Shown one piece after another: positions 38,563 through 51,318 of a stretch of 64,000 bases of DNA. The stretch spans positions 1,478,330 through 1,542,329 of the forward strand of contig NW_003314283.1 of assembly GCF_000143415.4 (NCBI RefSeq), read 5' to 3'. The position numbers and the translations under genes are program-made. The stretch's first letter is position 1. Every line of letters begins with the position of its first letter. The stretch comes from Selaginella moellendorffii. Its lineage: Eukaryota; Plantae; Lycopodiophyta. The notes beneath the pieces were generated by a model that saw nothing but the letters and a program-made list of their open reading frames with translations, did not search any database and was not told the origin of the DNA.

Positions 38563-41500
38563 TGATAAAATTGGTCATGTTAGCATTGGTATCCTCCATT
38601 TCATGAGTGGACATTTTAGTGTCAGCATTAATCTATTGGTGTTGTTGTAGTGGAAGGTTAAGACATTATGATGCTTCTGAGAAACAAAGAATCGCACGAG
38701 TAGTACAGGGTCTTTGTGTGAATAAGTCTGCGACCCTTCCATTTTTCTTTCAAGAGTATTATTAAGGGGTTCATTTGGCACAAGTTCATTTAGTATTTAC
38801 TTTCCAAACTCATTTTTATAATAAGATGTCTCCTATTATTCTATCTATGTTAGTTAATATAGGCTTGAGTTTATCTTTTATTGCTCAGTTTGTAGCCATA
38901 TATTGCTATCTACATTTGCATCGTGTGGCAGAGCTAGTTTTCATTCTTCATGGCAACAATCATACATATGCACGTGCATAGAATGAAGTAAACTTAATTG
39001 TGTGTTTGGGCAATCTCAAACTTAGGCTATAGTCATTACTAGTGCTACCAAATCAAGTTTTTGTCTTCATCTTTTGTATGGATTGATTACGACACAATTA
39101 TACTAAATATGACTTTAAGGCTTCTCCCCCTTGTTTCATACTTCTTTATATTTATTTTATTCCTCTCATTTTTGTTCTTTTTCGTCCTTCTCCCCCTTGT
39201 CTCATACTTTTTTATATTTCTTTTATTCCTCTCACTTTTGTTCCTTTTCATCCTTTTACCTTCATCAATTTTGTCGTTCTATTACTTCCTTTTATGTTTC
39301 TGTTTTATTCCTTTATTCCCTCTTTAGATCCCTTCGATGATCTTTGTGTTGCAACGGTTGATTGGCTCATAAAGAAGTATGTCAATCTTTTTAAATTTAA
39401 TCTGTCGTCTGGGGCCAAAATTGCAATATATCATTCTATTCTAATTGGGGATGTTTGTCCAATCATAATTCCTACTTATCATTGATCACCAATCAGATCA
39501 AAATTTTACATATAAATGTCAAGGAGGTTGGAAAAGGGTGTTATCTGAAAGTCATACAGTCCATAGGCATGTGAATCTCATCTTGTGACAAAACTTGATG
39601 GGAGTATTTATTTTTGCATCGACTATCATCCGTTAAATGAAGTGATGATCCCGAATGTATACCCTCTTTCTCACATTGCTCTTGGATCGTTTGGGGAGAA
39701 GTTGTTAGTTCACCAAATTAAATTTTACTTCTGAGTACTAACAAATGCCAATGGCTAAGGAAAATATTCCCAAGATTATTTTTGTATACCATTTGATTTA
39801 TACAAGTTCTTGGTAATGTCATTTGGTTTGAACAATGCTCTAGTGATTTTCCAATTGATGATGTACGATATTTTTTATGATATATTTGAGGTAACTACTG
39901 ACTTCATCAATGATATCTTGATCCACTTGAAGGGGATATGGGAGGAACATGTTCATGATATTTGTAAAGTGTTGAATTGGCTACAAAAATTAGTTTAAAA
40001 TTGAAGTGGTCAAATTACATATTTGGGTCCAAGAACACTATTTATTTTGGATACCGTATTTCTTATGAAGGTTTGTAAGTTGATCATAAAAAATTTGTAG
40101 TTATTCTCTAAGTTCCTTATTCCAAAGTGTGTGAATGATGTGCAATGTTTTTAAAGCAAAGTGCAATATCTCAGCCATTTCATTGATCATCTTTTTTATT
40201 GTACAACACTGCTGTAAGTATTGTTGAACTTGTCAACATCATCTTTCATTTGATCTATAGACTGTGAACAGGCATTTACAAATCTCAAAGAGTTATTAAC
40301 AACTCCTCTAGTTTTAGCATATATTGAATACACAATTTTGCACGTGATGTTTCTGATATTAGTTTTAAAGATACATTAATGCAAGAGAGTCTGAGTGTGC
40401 CTAGTCAATACTATCCTATTATATATATCAACCATACATTACAACTAGTGGAAATGAACTACTCCACAATAAAGAAGAAGTGTTTAGCAGTAGTTTAGGG
40501 TTTTAAAAAACTTCATACATATTTACATGGTTCTTGGACATTACTACAAGGTGATCATGTTGCAATTACTTTATTATTGAAGTGGAAGAACTTGGTTGGT
40601 CATACTGTTTGGTGGGCATTAAAGCTTAAGACATATAATTTCGATATTATTGTCGCGAATATGACTTTGGGTATCGAAAGATATTTGTCGGCTAATCCTT
40701 ACGGACACTCTTTCCTTACTGCCATGACAGCAAGAGGTCGGTACTACTAGTTCCCATCATTGGCCCCTTTTGTCCAAGTGTTAGTAAACTGGGCTTAGCA
40801 TCTGTACTTAGCCAGATGGACATAAGGTAGGAACTCCTATGTGTTTCTAGCTGAGCATTATCGGCCTAGCTTTTAGTTCTCTTTTGCTCTGTCTTGCACT
40901 AGCTTGGTAAGAACTTTCGCGTATTGAGACTAGTCCCTCAATATTGCTGGATGATAGTTTATCGTGTCTGCCAAACACCCTCGCTATCATGCCCTTTGTG
41001 TTAGTCTCATTTCGGTCCCAAATACTATTTATGGAAAGTGTCTAGAGTTGCTTATTTGGCATATCTACGGAATGTAGAGGTCGGTCTAAACACAATGGTA
41101 TTCGTCTCGTGTCCAAATTTGCAATCTAAGGCCATTCCATATTTAGTAAATTTCGAGCTTGTCCTAGAGATTAACTCTTGGTACTAAGGGCAGCTTGGGG
41201 TGAAAGCCCAAAGCGTGTGTTCCTCAAGGGGGGCGGGGGGGCTGTGGGGGGTTCCAAATGTATAGTAAAGATAGTGGTTGGAATGCATGTCCAACCACCT
41301 GAGACATTAGTTTGGCTGCTACTGGGTTGTGTCGCTCTTTGTTTTGTGTCGGGCTTGGGTCTAAGCCCAAGTTCCACGCTGCTTTAGTTGGTGGGGTACC
41401 CTCCTCTTTGTGTTAGGCCACCGGTATGCCAAAATTGTGCTAGACTCCATTTGACACCATTTTGCGTGCAGGTGCTGGATACGGGGAGCTGGTGCTCGTG

Positions 41501-44500
41501 GGATTATACCAGACCCTCATTTCATAGTGCAACGGGCTTGGAGCTTTTCTCCAAATTCATGTGCACTACATTTGGTATCAAAGGGATTGTCTTAGCAATT
41601 CCTATCCAACTTTTGTCAGATTTTCTGACTCAAGTTGCATATGCAAAGACTTTCCTAGTAGATCCCAAGCGACCTGTGTAGGATTAGTTGGATTGCACCA
41701 TTCGGTAAGAACGTTGTATGCATGTTCAGTTACTGATAGAGGCATGTATGTAGCTAGTGAGATGGTAAAACGGAACCGTGTTGATGATGCTGAAACCTCT
41801 AGATGGGCGAATCAAGAGGAGGAAACTCCTGCTAGAGATGCTGTGGAAGAGGCTGAGGCCGAGTCAGAAGAGGAAGAGCCAGATGCTGTGGCATTGCAGC
41901 GTACGGCTCAGGAAGTTGAGATCGAGAATTTGCGAAGGGAGATTCACAAATTGAAGGAGAACAAGAAGAGGAAGAAAGAAGCTGAGGCAGCTAAACCAAT
42001 TAAGCCTAAGCAACCGGACTCCTCTTCGAGTTCTGAGGACAATGAAGTTCTGCAGCCGCCCCCGGTTGCATGAGTTTCAAAGTTCAAGCCTCCGAAACCA
42101 CCCAACTTTAGAGGCATGCGGGACTATCAAGTTTTGGAGGATTGGGTCTACAATATGGAAAACTATTTCATAGCGGCAGACGTAGATGATCGTACCAAAG
42201 TTGCGTGCGCACAATCTTTTCTCACTGATCATACCAAAACTTGGTGGCACCAGGTGTGTGCTGAAAAAGGGCAGATTAAAAGTTGGACCAAAATGCGGTC
42301 TCGTATCCATAAGGAATACTTGGTTTGAGACTTCATGCGGAGCTACAGCGATTAAAGCAGCGAGGGGACCTCATGCATTATGTTAATATGTTTGCTCAGA
42401 AGCATATTATGATTGCAAATATGAGTGACGAAGATACTCAGAGTTATTTTCTAAAGGGTTTAAATTCACTTTCTCATAATGAGATTTTGAAGTTTAAGTT
42501 GAAGACGTACCTAGAGTGTAAGGAGGCAGCATAGCAAGTTGCCTTTAGCCATTCACTCATAGAACAATATCAACAGTCGTATGCTGATACCTCAAACAAG
42601 AATAAGAATTCTGGGAATAAACAAGGTGATCGGAAATAAAGAGTGGAAGGTAGGTTCCGCTCTAGGGGCTCACAAGCAACGGTTAACAAAGGTGGTGGTG
42701 GTGGTTGGAGACCACCAGTAGCTTCTTCTGGTCCTAGGCCCACTGTTCCTCCTCCTAGTGGGTACAAGCAGCAGCAACTTGTAAAACCTGCTCCTAGCGG
42801 AACAGATAGTGTGGGTCATTGCTTCTATTGTGGAGAGTCAAGACATAGGTCCTTAGAATGTCCCAACAAGCATAAGACAAGGTCTCGTGTTAATGTCATG
42901 AGGGAAGACGGTGGTGGTGAAGCTAAAGGGGTTGACGAGTTGGTCAATGCAGACTATGAGGAAGGGGAGGTGAGTTACTTTTATTGCTTTCCTCAAGCTT
43001 TTTTCACAGTCAATGCAAACATTGATCCATTGATGTATTTGGTAGGCTTTGTCTGCGAACACCGAATCCGAGTGATGATTGACACGGGAGCTACGCACAG
43101 CATGATATCCGAAGACTTCGTTAAGTTGTTAGGATTGAATGTTGAGCAAATGTCGCCCATGCACTTCCAGTTTGTAAAAGGTGGGCAAGTAGCCAGAAAG
43201 TTTGCGAATGATATTCCAATAAAGATATCTAAATGGAAAGAAAGAGTGGACTTGGTAGTGTTGAAGATACCAAATTTTCAAATGGTGTTTAGTATGGACT
43301 TCTTCAACAAATATATAAAAGGGATTTATAGTGCTGGACAAAGTCATATCACATTGAAGTTCAAAGGACATCCTAATGTGTCCTTCCAATTGCAAAAGCG
43401 TTCCTCAAAGGATTGGGATGCAAAGTTCCTAATTGTGAAGGCCGCTCAAAAAACAGCTAAGAGGGGATGTTGGACCTTTTGGATTCAAGTGATGGAAGCT
43501 GAGGGTGTTGGTGACTCAATTTGAATTGGCGACGGGGTTGATTCTGTACCAAAGAAAATACTAGAGTTATTGGCAAGGAATCAAGATATCTTTCCAAAAG
43601 ATTTGCCACCAGGGCTACCTCCTAGCCATGAGGTTGATCATCAAATTGAGGTTATTTTGGGTTTTAAACCACCTACGAAGGCTCCATATCAATTGAACAT
43701 CAAGGAGATGGCTGAACTCAAGAAGAAATTCACAGAGCTTTTTGACAAAGGTCATATCCGACCAAACAAGTTACTTTATAGAGCGTTAGTCCTTTTTGTT
43801 ATGAAAAAGGATGGAACCATGAGGATGTGTATTGACTATCAGGCACTCAACAAGATCACAATTAAGAACAGTTATCCTTTGCCTCGTATTAATGACTTGT
43901 TTGACCAACTCTTAAAGGCTAAGTATTTTACGTGACTTGCTTTGCGGTCCGGGTATCATCAAATACGGGTGGCAGATTAGGATGTGGACAAGATAGCCTT
44001 TAAGACTCGGTACGGATCCTATGAGTTCCTTGTCATGCCGTTTGGGTTATGCAATGCTCCGGCAACGTTCACTACTATGATGGATAGAATTTTCAGAGAT
44101 TATTTGGATGCATTTGTTGTCCTATATATCGATGATGTTCTAGTCTTTAGTGAAACGTTGGAGGATCATTTGAAACACTTGGAGCTAGTGTTTCAGAAGT
44201 TGTGTGAACACAAACTGTATGCTAAGGAAAGTAAATGCACTTTTAGTCAATTGTGCATAAACTTTCTTGAACATATAGTTGGTGGTGGTGTGATTGAAGT
44301 CAATCCAAAGAAGGTGGAAGCGGTGAAGTCCTGGGAAGTCCCAACCACTGTATCAGATGTTCGTTCCTTTCTCGGTTTGGTGGGATACTATTGCAAGTTT
44401 GTCCGCAATTTTGCAAGAATTGCTCTTCCGTTGACTAAGTTGACAAAGAGTAGTATTCCGTTTCATTGGACACCAACTTGCTAGTGTGCTTTTATACGGT

Positions 44501-47500
44501 TGAAGGAAATGTTGACTACAGTTCTTGTTCTCAAGATCCCAGATCTTGATAAACCCTTCAAAGTGCATTGTGATGCGTTTGGATATGCTATTGGTGCTGT
44601 GTTACAACAAGATTGTGACAAAGCAGTTGGTGTTACTCTAAAGCGACATGGTTGTTCCGTTGTGTTTTATTTCAAAAAATTGGATGAAACCCAACGAAGA
44701 TGGCCAACGCATGAGAAAGAGATGTTTGCTATAGTGTCGGCCCTAGAACATTGGAGATACTACCTGGGTGGACATACCAAGGTTTATACAGATAGTAACA
44801 TACTAAGCTACTTTGCTACGCAGCCTAAGCTTATGCCGAAGCAGGCTCATTGGTAAGAGAAGCTTACTAGATATAATATTGAAATCATATATAAACCTAG
44901 TAAAGACAATATTGTTCCGGATGCGTTGAGTCGTCAAGCTCAATTCCGGGCAATATCGGCAATCAATTTGGACTGATTAGAGGACGTTTGGGCTTCATAT
45001 GGAAGTGATCCATTGGCAAAGGCAATCTTATGTCATGCAGGGTTGTTGAAGCAGAGCCCTAGTAACGAAGCAGCAAAAGTTGCTAGTCGCACTAATGCGA
45101 AGGTTCACTTCTCAGTTCGGGATGGGCTTATATTCTATAAATAAGAAAGATTGTATCTTCCCTTTAAGGATTTGCAGTAGTTATTTTTGTGGGAACATCA
45201 TGATGTTCCAGCAGCGGGACATGGTGGGAGGCAAAAGACTCTGGCTTCGTTGAAAAAGGGATTTTTTTGGTTTGGTATAGAAGGTGATATAGTGGATTAT
45301 GTCCGTTCCTGCCCTATATGCCAGCAATGTAAGCGCAGAACTGAGAAGTAGGCTGGAAAGTTGCAGTGCATTCTAGTACTAGCATGGCCATTTCAGAGTG
45401 TGACACTTGATTTCATCACTTGCTTGCCGAAGTCTAAGGGTTATGATACTTTGATGGTGGTTGTGGATCGGTTGTCAAAGATTGCACACTTCATTCCAAC
45501 TGTGGGAACCGTGAATGCAAAACAAGCAGCAAAGCTCTTTTTCCATGAAGTAGTGCGGGTTCGTGGTCTTCCCGAAAAGATGATCTCGGATAGGGATTCG
45601 AGGTTTACGGGGAAGTTTTGGGGCACACTGTTCCAGTGGTTCAGTACCAAGTTGAAGTTTAGTACGGCCTATCATCCTTAGACTGATGGGCAGACCAAAC
45701 GTGTGAATGTTCAAGTTGAGGATTATCTACAGTACTATGTTGTGGCAGACCAATGCGATTGGGTTGAGCATTTGGATACAACAGAAATTTGTTATAACAA
45801 CACATTTCACAACACTATTGGCTGTTCTCCATGGGAGATGCTGCAAGGAAATGCTTGCGGAGTGCCTCAACAGATTGTTGTCGAAACTAATGTCCGAAGT
45901 GTTGGTCTCGACCATTGAGACTTATGCAAAGCAGCTACGCCAAGGTTTGTCTAGAGCTACTGAGGCGATGGGCAAAGCTTAGGATAGGTATCAACATGAT
46001 AAGGATCAACATCGTCAAGATGTATCTTATCAAGTGGGAGATCAGGTATGGCTATCTTCCCGGAATCTCAGTGTTAAGAGATCTTTATCTTGGAAACTGC
46101 TACCAAGATATGTTGGACCCTATCGAGTGTTGAGACGAGTTAGTGTTGTATCTTATAAGTTGGATCTTCCAGATGAGTTCTCATGTACATAATGTGTTTC
46201 ATGTCAGTTTACTGGCACCATATTATGCTGCTGAGGAATGTTTTATGGAAATTCATCCTCCACCAACGATTATTGAGGGTGAACCTGAGTATGAGGCTGA
46301 AGCTATTTTGGACACTCATTGGCTTAAACATGCCAAATGTCGAGAGTATCTAGTTAAGTGGAAAGGTTATCCAACTTGTGAATCAACTTGGGAGCCTTTT
46401 AGGAATCTTACACATGCTCGTGAGCTTGTCATGGAGTATGAAAATTGTAATAAAGATTTGTTTTTGTAAATCTTGTAATAAATCTTGCAAATTAATAAAG
46501 TAATATATTTCTATAAATCAAAGTGTCGTTTCTCTCATTTATTAGTACTTGGGTCAGTTTGGCAGACTGATTTCAGCACTTCGGTGCATGGATGCAATCC
46601 ATAACCATGGGGATAACTATTATAGACTGATCACAAGTCCCCACCTCTCAATCAATGACTCACTTTTGAAAAGGGGCGTGGTCGTATAAACAACTTAATC
46701 TACCAGTTTATAATAGTTGTCTAAATCTTCCCGACAGGGTTGATTTCTTGCTCAGGGGAAGTTGGGCCTCTAGCCTTCTTCCTATGTCCCTGCGGGCAGG
46801 GATGTATCATTCCTTTGTAAGATGAGTGGTACTCAGAGCAGCAAGGGTGGCTAACTTTGTTAGTCATTTCCTTGTCGGTGACGGTCGGAGGGTGTCTGAG
46901 TCTTAACGTCTTTAGACGTAGAAGAGAGGTCGTTCCATAACTCATTTAAGTTGATGTGTTTCCCACATAGTGTGCTTTCCGTTAACTTTCAGAGTTGTTT
47001 CCTTGACGATTTGCTAAACTCGGGTATGCATCGACGAGGACGTCGATCTTCCCAAAGGGGGAGAGTGTTGCAAATGTGACTTCGGGTATCGAAAGATACT
47101 TGTCGGCTAGTCCTTACGGACTCTCTTTCTTTACTACCATGACGGCAGGAGGTCGGTACTGCTAGTTCCCATCATTGTTCCCTTTTGTCCAAGTGTTAGT
47201 AAATTGGGCTTAGCATCTGTACTTAGCCAGATGGGCATAAGGTAGGAACTCATATATGTTTCTAGCTAAGCATTCTCGGCCTGGCTTTTAGTTCTCTTTT
47301 GCTCTATCTTGCACTGGCTTGGCAAGAACCCTCGCATATTGAAATTTGTCCCTCAATATCGCAAGATGATAGCTTACCGTATCTGCCAAACACCTTCGCT
47401 ATCACACCCTTTGTGTTAGTCTCATTTTAGTCCCAAATATTATTTATGGAAAGTGTCTAAATTTGCTCATTTGGCATGTCTATGGAATGTAAAGGTTGAT

Positions 47501-48648
47501 TTAAATACAATGGTGTTTGTCCTGTGTCCAAATTCGCAATTTAAGGCCATTCCATTGGAGCTTGGGCTTAGACCCAAGCCCGATGCAGAACAAGGAGCTA
47601 TACAACCTAGCAGGAGCCAAACTAATATCTCAAGTAGTCAGACATGCGTTCTAACCACTATCTCTACTATATATTTGGAACCCCCCACAGCCCCCCACCC
47701 TGAGGAACACATGCTTTGGGCTTTCACCCCAACCCGCCCCCTTAGTACCAGGAGTTAGTCTCTGGGACAAGCTCGAAACTTACTAAATCGCTGCTCTAGT
47801 CGGTAGGGTACCCTCCTCTTCGCGTTAAGCCATCGGTATGCCAAAATTGTGCCAGACTTCGTCTGACACCATTTTCCATGCAAGTGCTAGATACGGGGAA
47901 CTAGTGCTCATGGGATTGTACTGGACCCTTATTTCGTAGTGCAATAGGCTTGGAGTTTTGCTCCAAATTCAGGTGCACTATAATTATTCATCGCTTAAGG
48001 AGTTTTATGATTAATGTTAATGCTTTTTCTTGAGCTCCTCTTCCTTTTAACTCTCTTCTCATAGTTTTGGCGAGCCTGTTATTCCAATATTTATGGATTT
48101 TTTGGACAAGGATTCAATATTATTAGTGATTGTTATAATTAATGTTCAGTGTCCATAAGGTGCGAAGCTAGATTTACTTTCTTTTGACAAGGTTTGTGAG
48201 GCTCAAAAGATTGAGCTGTGGATTTGAAAACTTTACAATAGGTTTGAGAAATCTTACATCACTTACTAATGACTTGTCATATCAGTATTTACATTCTCAA
48301 TATTGCCTTAAAAATTACCTTTATTTTGTAAGGACAGATCCTGATGATCATTTATGGCTGGTGGTGCCTTCAATCATTATTCCACACTTTCTCCATACCT
48401 ACCATGATTCTCCTATTCTAGGTGGGCATATAGAACATCGTTGTGTGATTGAGAAGATGCATAGGTTTTTCTATTAGTTAAAAATGTGATGTGATATTTC
48501 TAGTATAAGCGTAGTTGTATTTGGTGCTAAACTCATAATACTACCCTTCGTGCTACAAAAGGACAATTATAGTCAATTGCAGTTTCCTGTCCATTTGAGG
48601 TGGTGGCATTTAATTTGATAGGGCCTTTTCCATAGTAGACTGTTGGCA
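38563..48648 (+). mobile_element. Diverged paralog of the degenerate Gypsy remnant, split by the chromovirus (38563-40650 and 47988-48648)
   Basis: Reverse-complement homolog of ~3785-6451 with many substitutions. The halves rejoin at the ATTAT site. Confidence 0.85.
40651..47982 (+). mobile_element. Full-length but inactivated Ty3/Gypsy chromovirus (LTRs 40651-41570 and 47066-47982)
   Basis: Perfect TSD ATTAT (40646-40650 and 47983-47987), PBS TGGTATCA at 41573, PPT AAAGGGGGAGAG at 47054-47065. Domains: Gag with CFYCGESRHRSLEC knuckle, protease IDTGATHS, RT YIDD, RNase H, integrase, and chromodomain EYLVKWKGYPTCESTWEP. Multiple in-frame stops. Confidence 0.95.
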
Positions 48649-51318
48649 TGAAGAGGTGTGAAAACTCCTCTTCGCTGGAAATCTATTGTTAGTAAGAAAA
48701 CAAAAGAGAAAAGGGCTCGATCTCCAAGGGCAGAGAAGAAGCACGAGTAAAAGAATGCTGTCTATTGATAAGAAAAACAATGGAATAGAGATAGGGATCC
48801 ACAATTCAAATTCCCCTCTTTGAAAGGCTAGCGGTTCTAACTGCTAGTATATACTATATGTTGTGCATGATTTAATCTATGGCTCCAATGTAGCCCTGGG
48901 TTCAAAGTCGGAGTCCCCTGAACCTTGGTTTTTGGTTGATACACTTTGATCCCCTGACAGAACTAGACACTGTCCTCGGTGCGAACGTAGTCAGCCTCGA
49001 TTGCTTAATCCAACGGTAGCTTGGGACTTATAGATTTTTGCTGCTGTTTAGAAATTGTGGTTTCAGGGTGTTGGTTGGTTCAGGTTGGAAACTTGCTGAG
49101 GTGGTGATGCTGAATATGTCAATGTGATATGGTCAAAGCTTGTTGAGGTTGACAATCTCAATGAAGTCTTCAGCTAGTGTGCTGACTTTGGCTGTGCCAT
49201 TGGGGTATAGTTCAATGATTTTGAAAGGTCCTTGCCAGTTGGTGTGGAGTTTTCGGCCAAGTTTGCCGATGGGTCCTTGGTACCAGAGAACATGATCGTC
49301 GATGCTGTAATTGGGAATGTTATGCCAGGATGCTTGTCGGTCGTGCCGAGCTTTTCTTTGTTTTTGGATGGCATGAAGTGTCCAGAGGGCGTTGAGTCAG
49401 AGTTCGTTGAGATGTTCGAGTTGCTGAAGCCTTTCTCGAACTGCATGTCGGGTGTCGAGATTATACTTGACGGTGACTCGCATGCTTGGGACGATGAATT
49501 CAATTGGCGTGATGGCTTCTGTTCCGAATGCCAGTTTGAATGGCATCATGTCAGTGGTGACTTTATACGCAGTGCGATAGGCCCAAAGTATGTCCAGAAG
49601 TTTGTCGTCCCAGTCTTTGCCGGAATCGTTGATGACTTTTTTGAGGATGGTCTTTAGTGTTTTGTTCGTTGCTTCTGCTTGACCGTTGCTTTGAGGATAG
49701 TATGGTGTTGACATTTTGTGTCGGATTTTGAACTCGGTGGCGAGATGTTTGATTGTTTGGTTGATGAAGTGGGTACCTCTGTCAGTGACGAGTTTGAGTG
49801 GTATGCCGAAACGAGTGATGATATTTTCGTAGATAAAGGTTGCTGTTGCTTTCGCTGTGGCATGTCAGAGAGGTATTGCTTCGGCCTGTAATCAGTGGCG
49901 ATGATGATGTATTGATTTCATCGACGGGTGCTGACTTGGGGTCTGACGAAGTCGAGTCCCCATTTCTGAAATGGTGCCATTGGGAATGTTGGGTTGAGTT
50001 GTTGAGTCTAAGTTTTCGGTGGTAATCGGTGTCTTTGACATGTGTTGCAGCATTTGCAGAATTCTTCAGTGTCATGCTAGAGTGTCGGCCACCAGAGGCC
50101 GGCTTGAAGAATCTTCCGAGTTGTGGTGTCAGCGGCAAAGTGTCCACCAGAAGGTCCATCGTGAGCTTCCTTGATGATTTGAGTTGTGTGTGGCTGCTTG
50201 ATGCATCGGCGAAGAATGTTGTCAATTCCGAGTTTGTAGAGAGTGCCTCCGATAACCGAGTATCGTCGGGTTTTAGCAACAAAAGTCTTCTTTTGGTCGG
50301 ACGTAGTGTACTGATCTGGAACTTTTGCTGAGTTCAGGTAACTGAAGACGTCGTCGAGCCAGGTTGCCAGTATTGAAACTCGGAATAGGTTTGAGTCGGG
50401 TAAGTCATCGGTAAGTCTTTCGGGTTTGTCGCCGGTGGTGATCCGGCTGAGATAATCTGCTTGCTTGTGATTTTTGCCGGGTTTGTGGACGATCTCGAAG
50501 TTGTATTCTTGTAGTAAAAGGAACCATCTTGATATTCGACCAGATAGTATTGGCTTGTTGATGAGGTAAAGGAGTGCCTTGTGGTCGACGAAAATTATGA
50601 CTTTGGTTGACAGTATGTAGTGGTGGAACTTCTGAAGTGAGTAGATCATGCCAAGAGCTTCTTTCTCAGTGGTGGTGTAATTTCGTTCAGCTGGGTTGAG
50701 TAGTCGGCTGGCGTAGTAGATCAGTTGATCTCGGTTGTCGTGTTGAATTTGGCTCAGAATTGCACCAGTGGCGACGTTGGAAGTGTCGACATGAATGTGG
50801 AACTCTTGTGTCCAGTCGGGCTTGGCAAGGATCGGTGCTGTTGTTAGTTTGAGTCGGAGATTGTCGAATGCTTGTTGCTGTTCGGACATCCATGTCCATT
50901 GGGCATCTTGTTTCAGTCCATCGGTGAGTGGTTTGGCAATGTGAGCGTACTTGTGGATGAATCGTCGGTGATATCCGACTTTGCCGAGGAAGCGCCGAAG
51001 TTCTTTCTGGTTCTTCGGCGGTTCGAGTTTGGAGATGACGTTGACTTTGTCCTTGTCGATAAGAATGCCGTCTTTGCAGACAACGTGGCCGAGAAGTACT
51101 CCAGATTTGACAAAGAAAGTGCATTTATCGGGGTTGAGTGCTATGTTGTTCTCCTCGCACTTGTTGAGGCATTTCTCCAGGCATTCAAGATGTTGATCTT
51201 CCGAGCTGAAAACGTTGAAGTCGTTCATGAAGACTCTCATGAAGTCGGTGAGGTAGTCTTGAAAAGTGTTGGTGACAAGCCTTTGGAAGGTGAATGGGGC
51301 GTTGCAGAGGGAAACCAC
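48649..51318 (-). mobile_element. 5'-truncated Ty3/Gypsy element (RT C-terminal half, RNase H, integrase, probable 3' LTR ~48649-48943)
   Basis: 413-aa ORF CNAPFTFQR...RNYTTTEKEAL...GGHF, integrase STPYYPQSNGQAE, and a purine tract followed by TGT...TCA on the minus strand. Confidence 0.85.
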
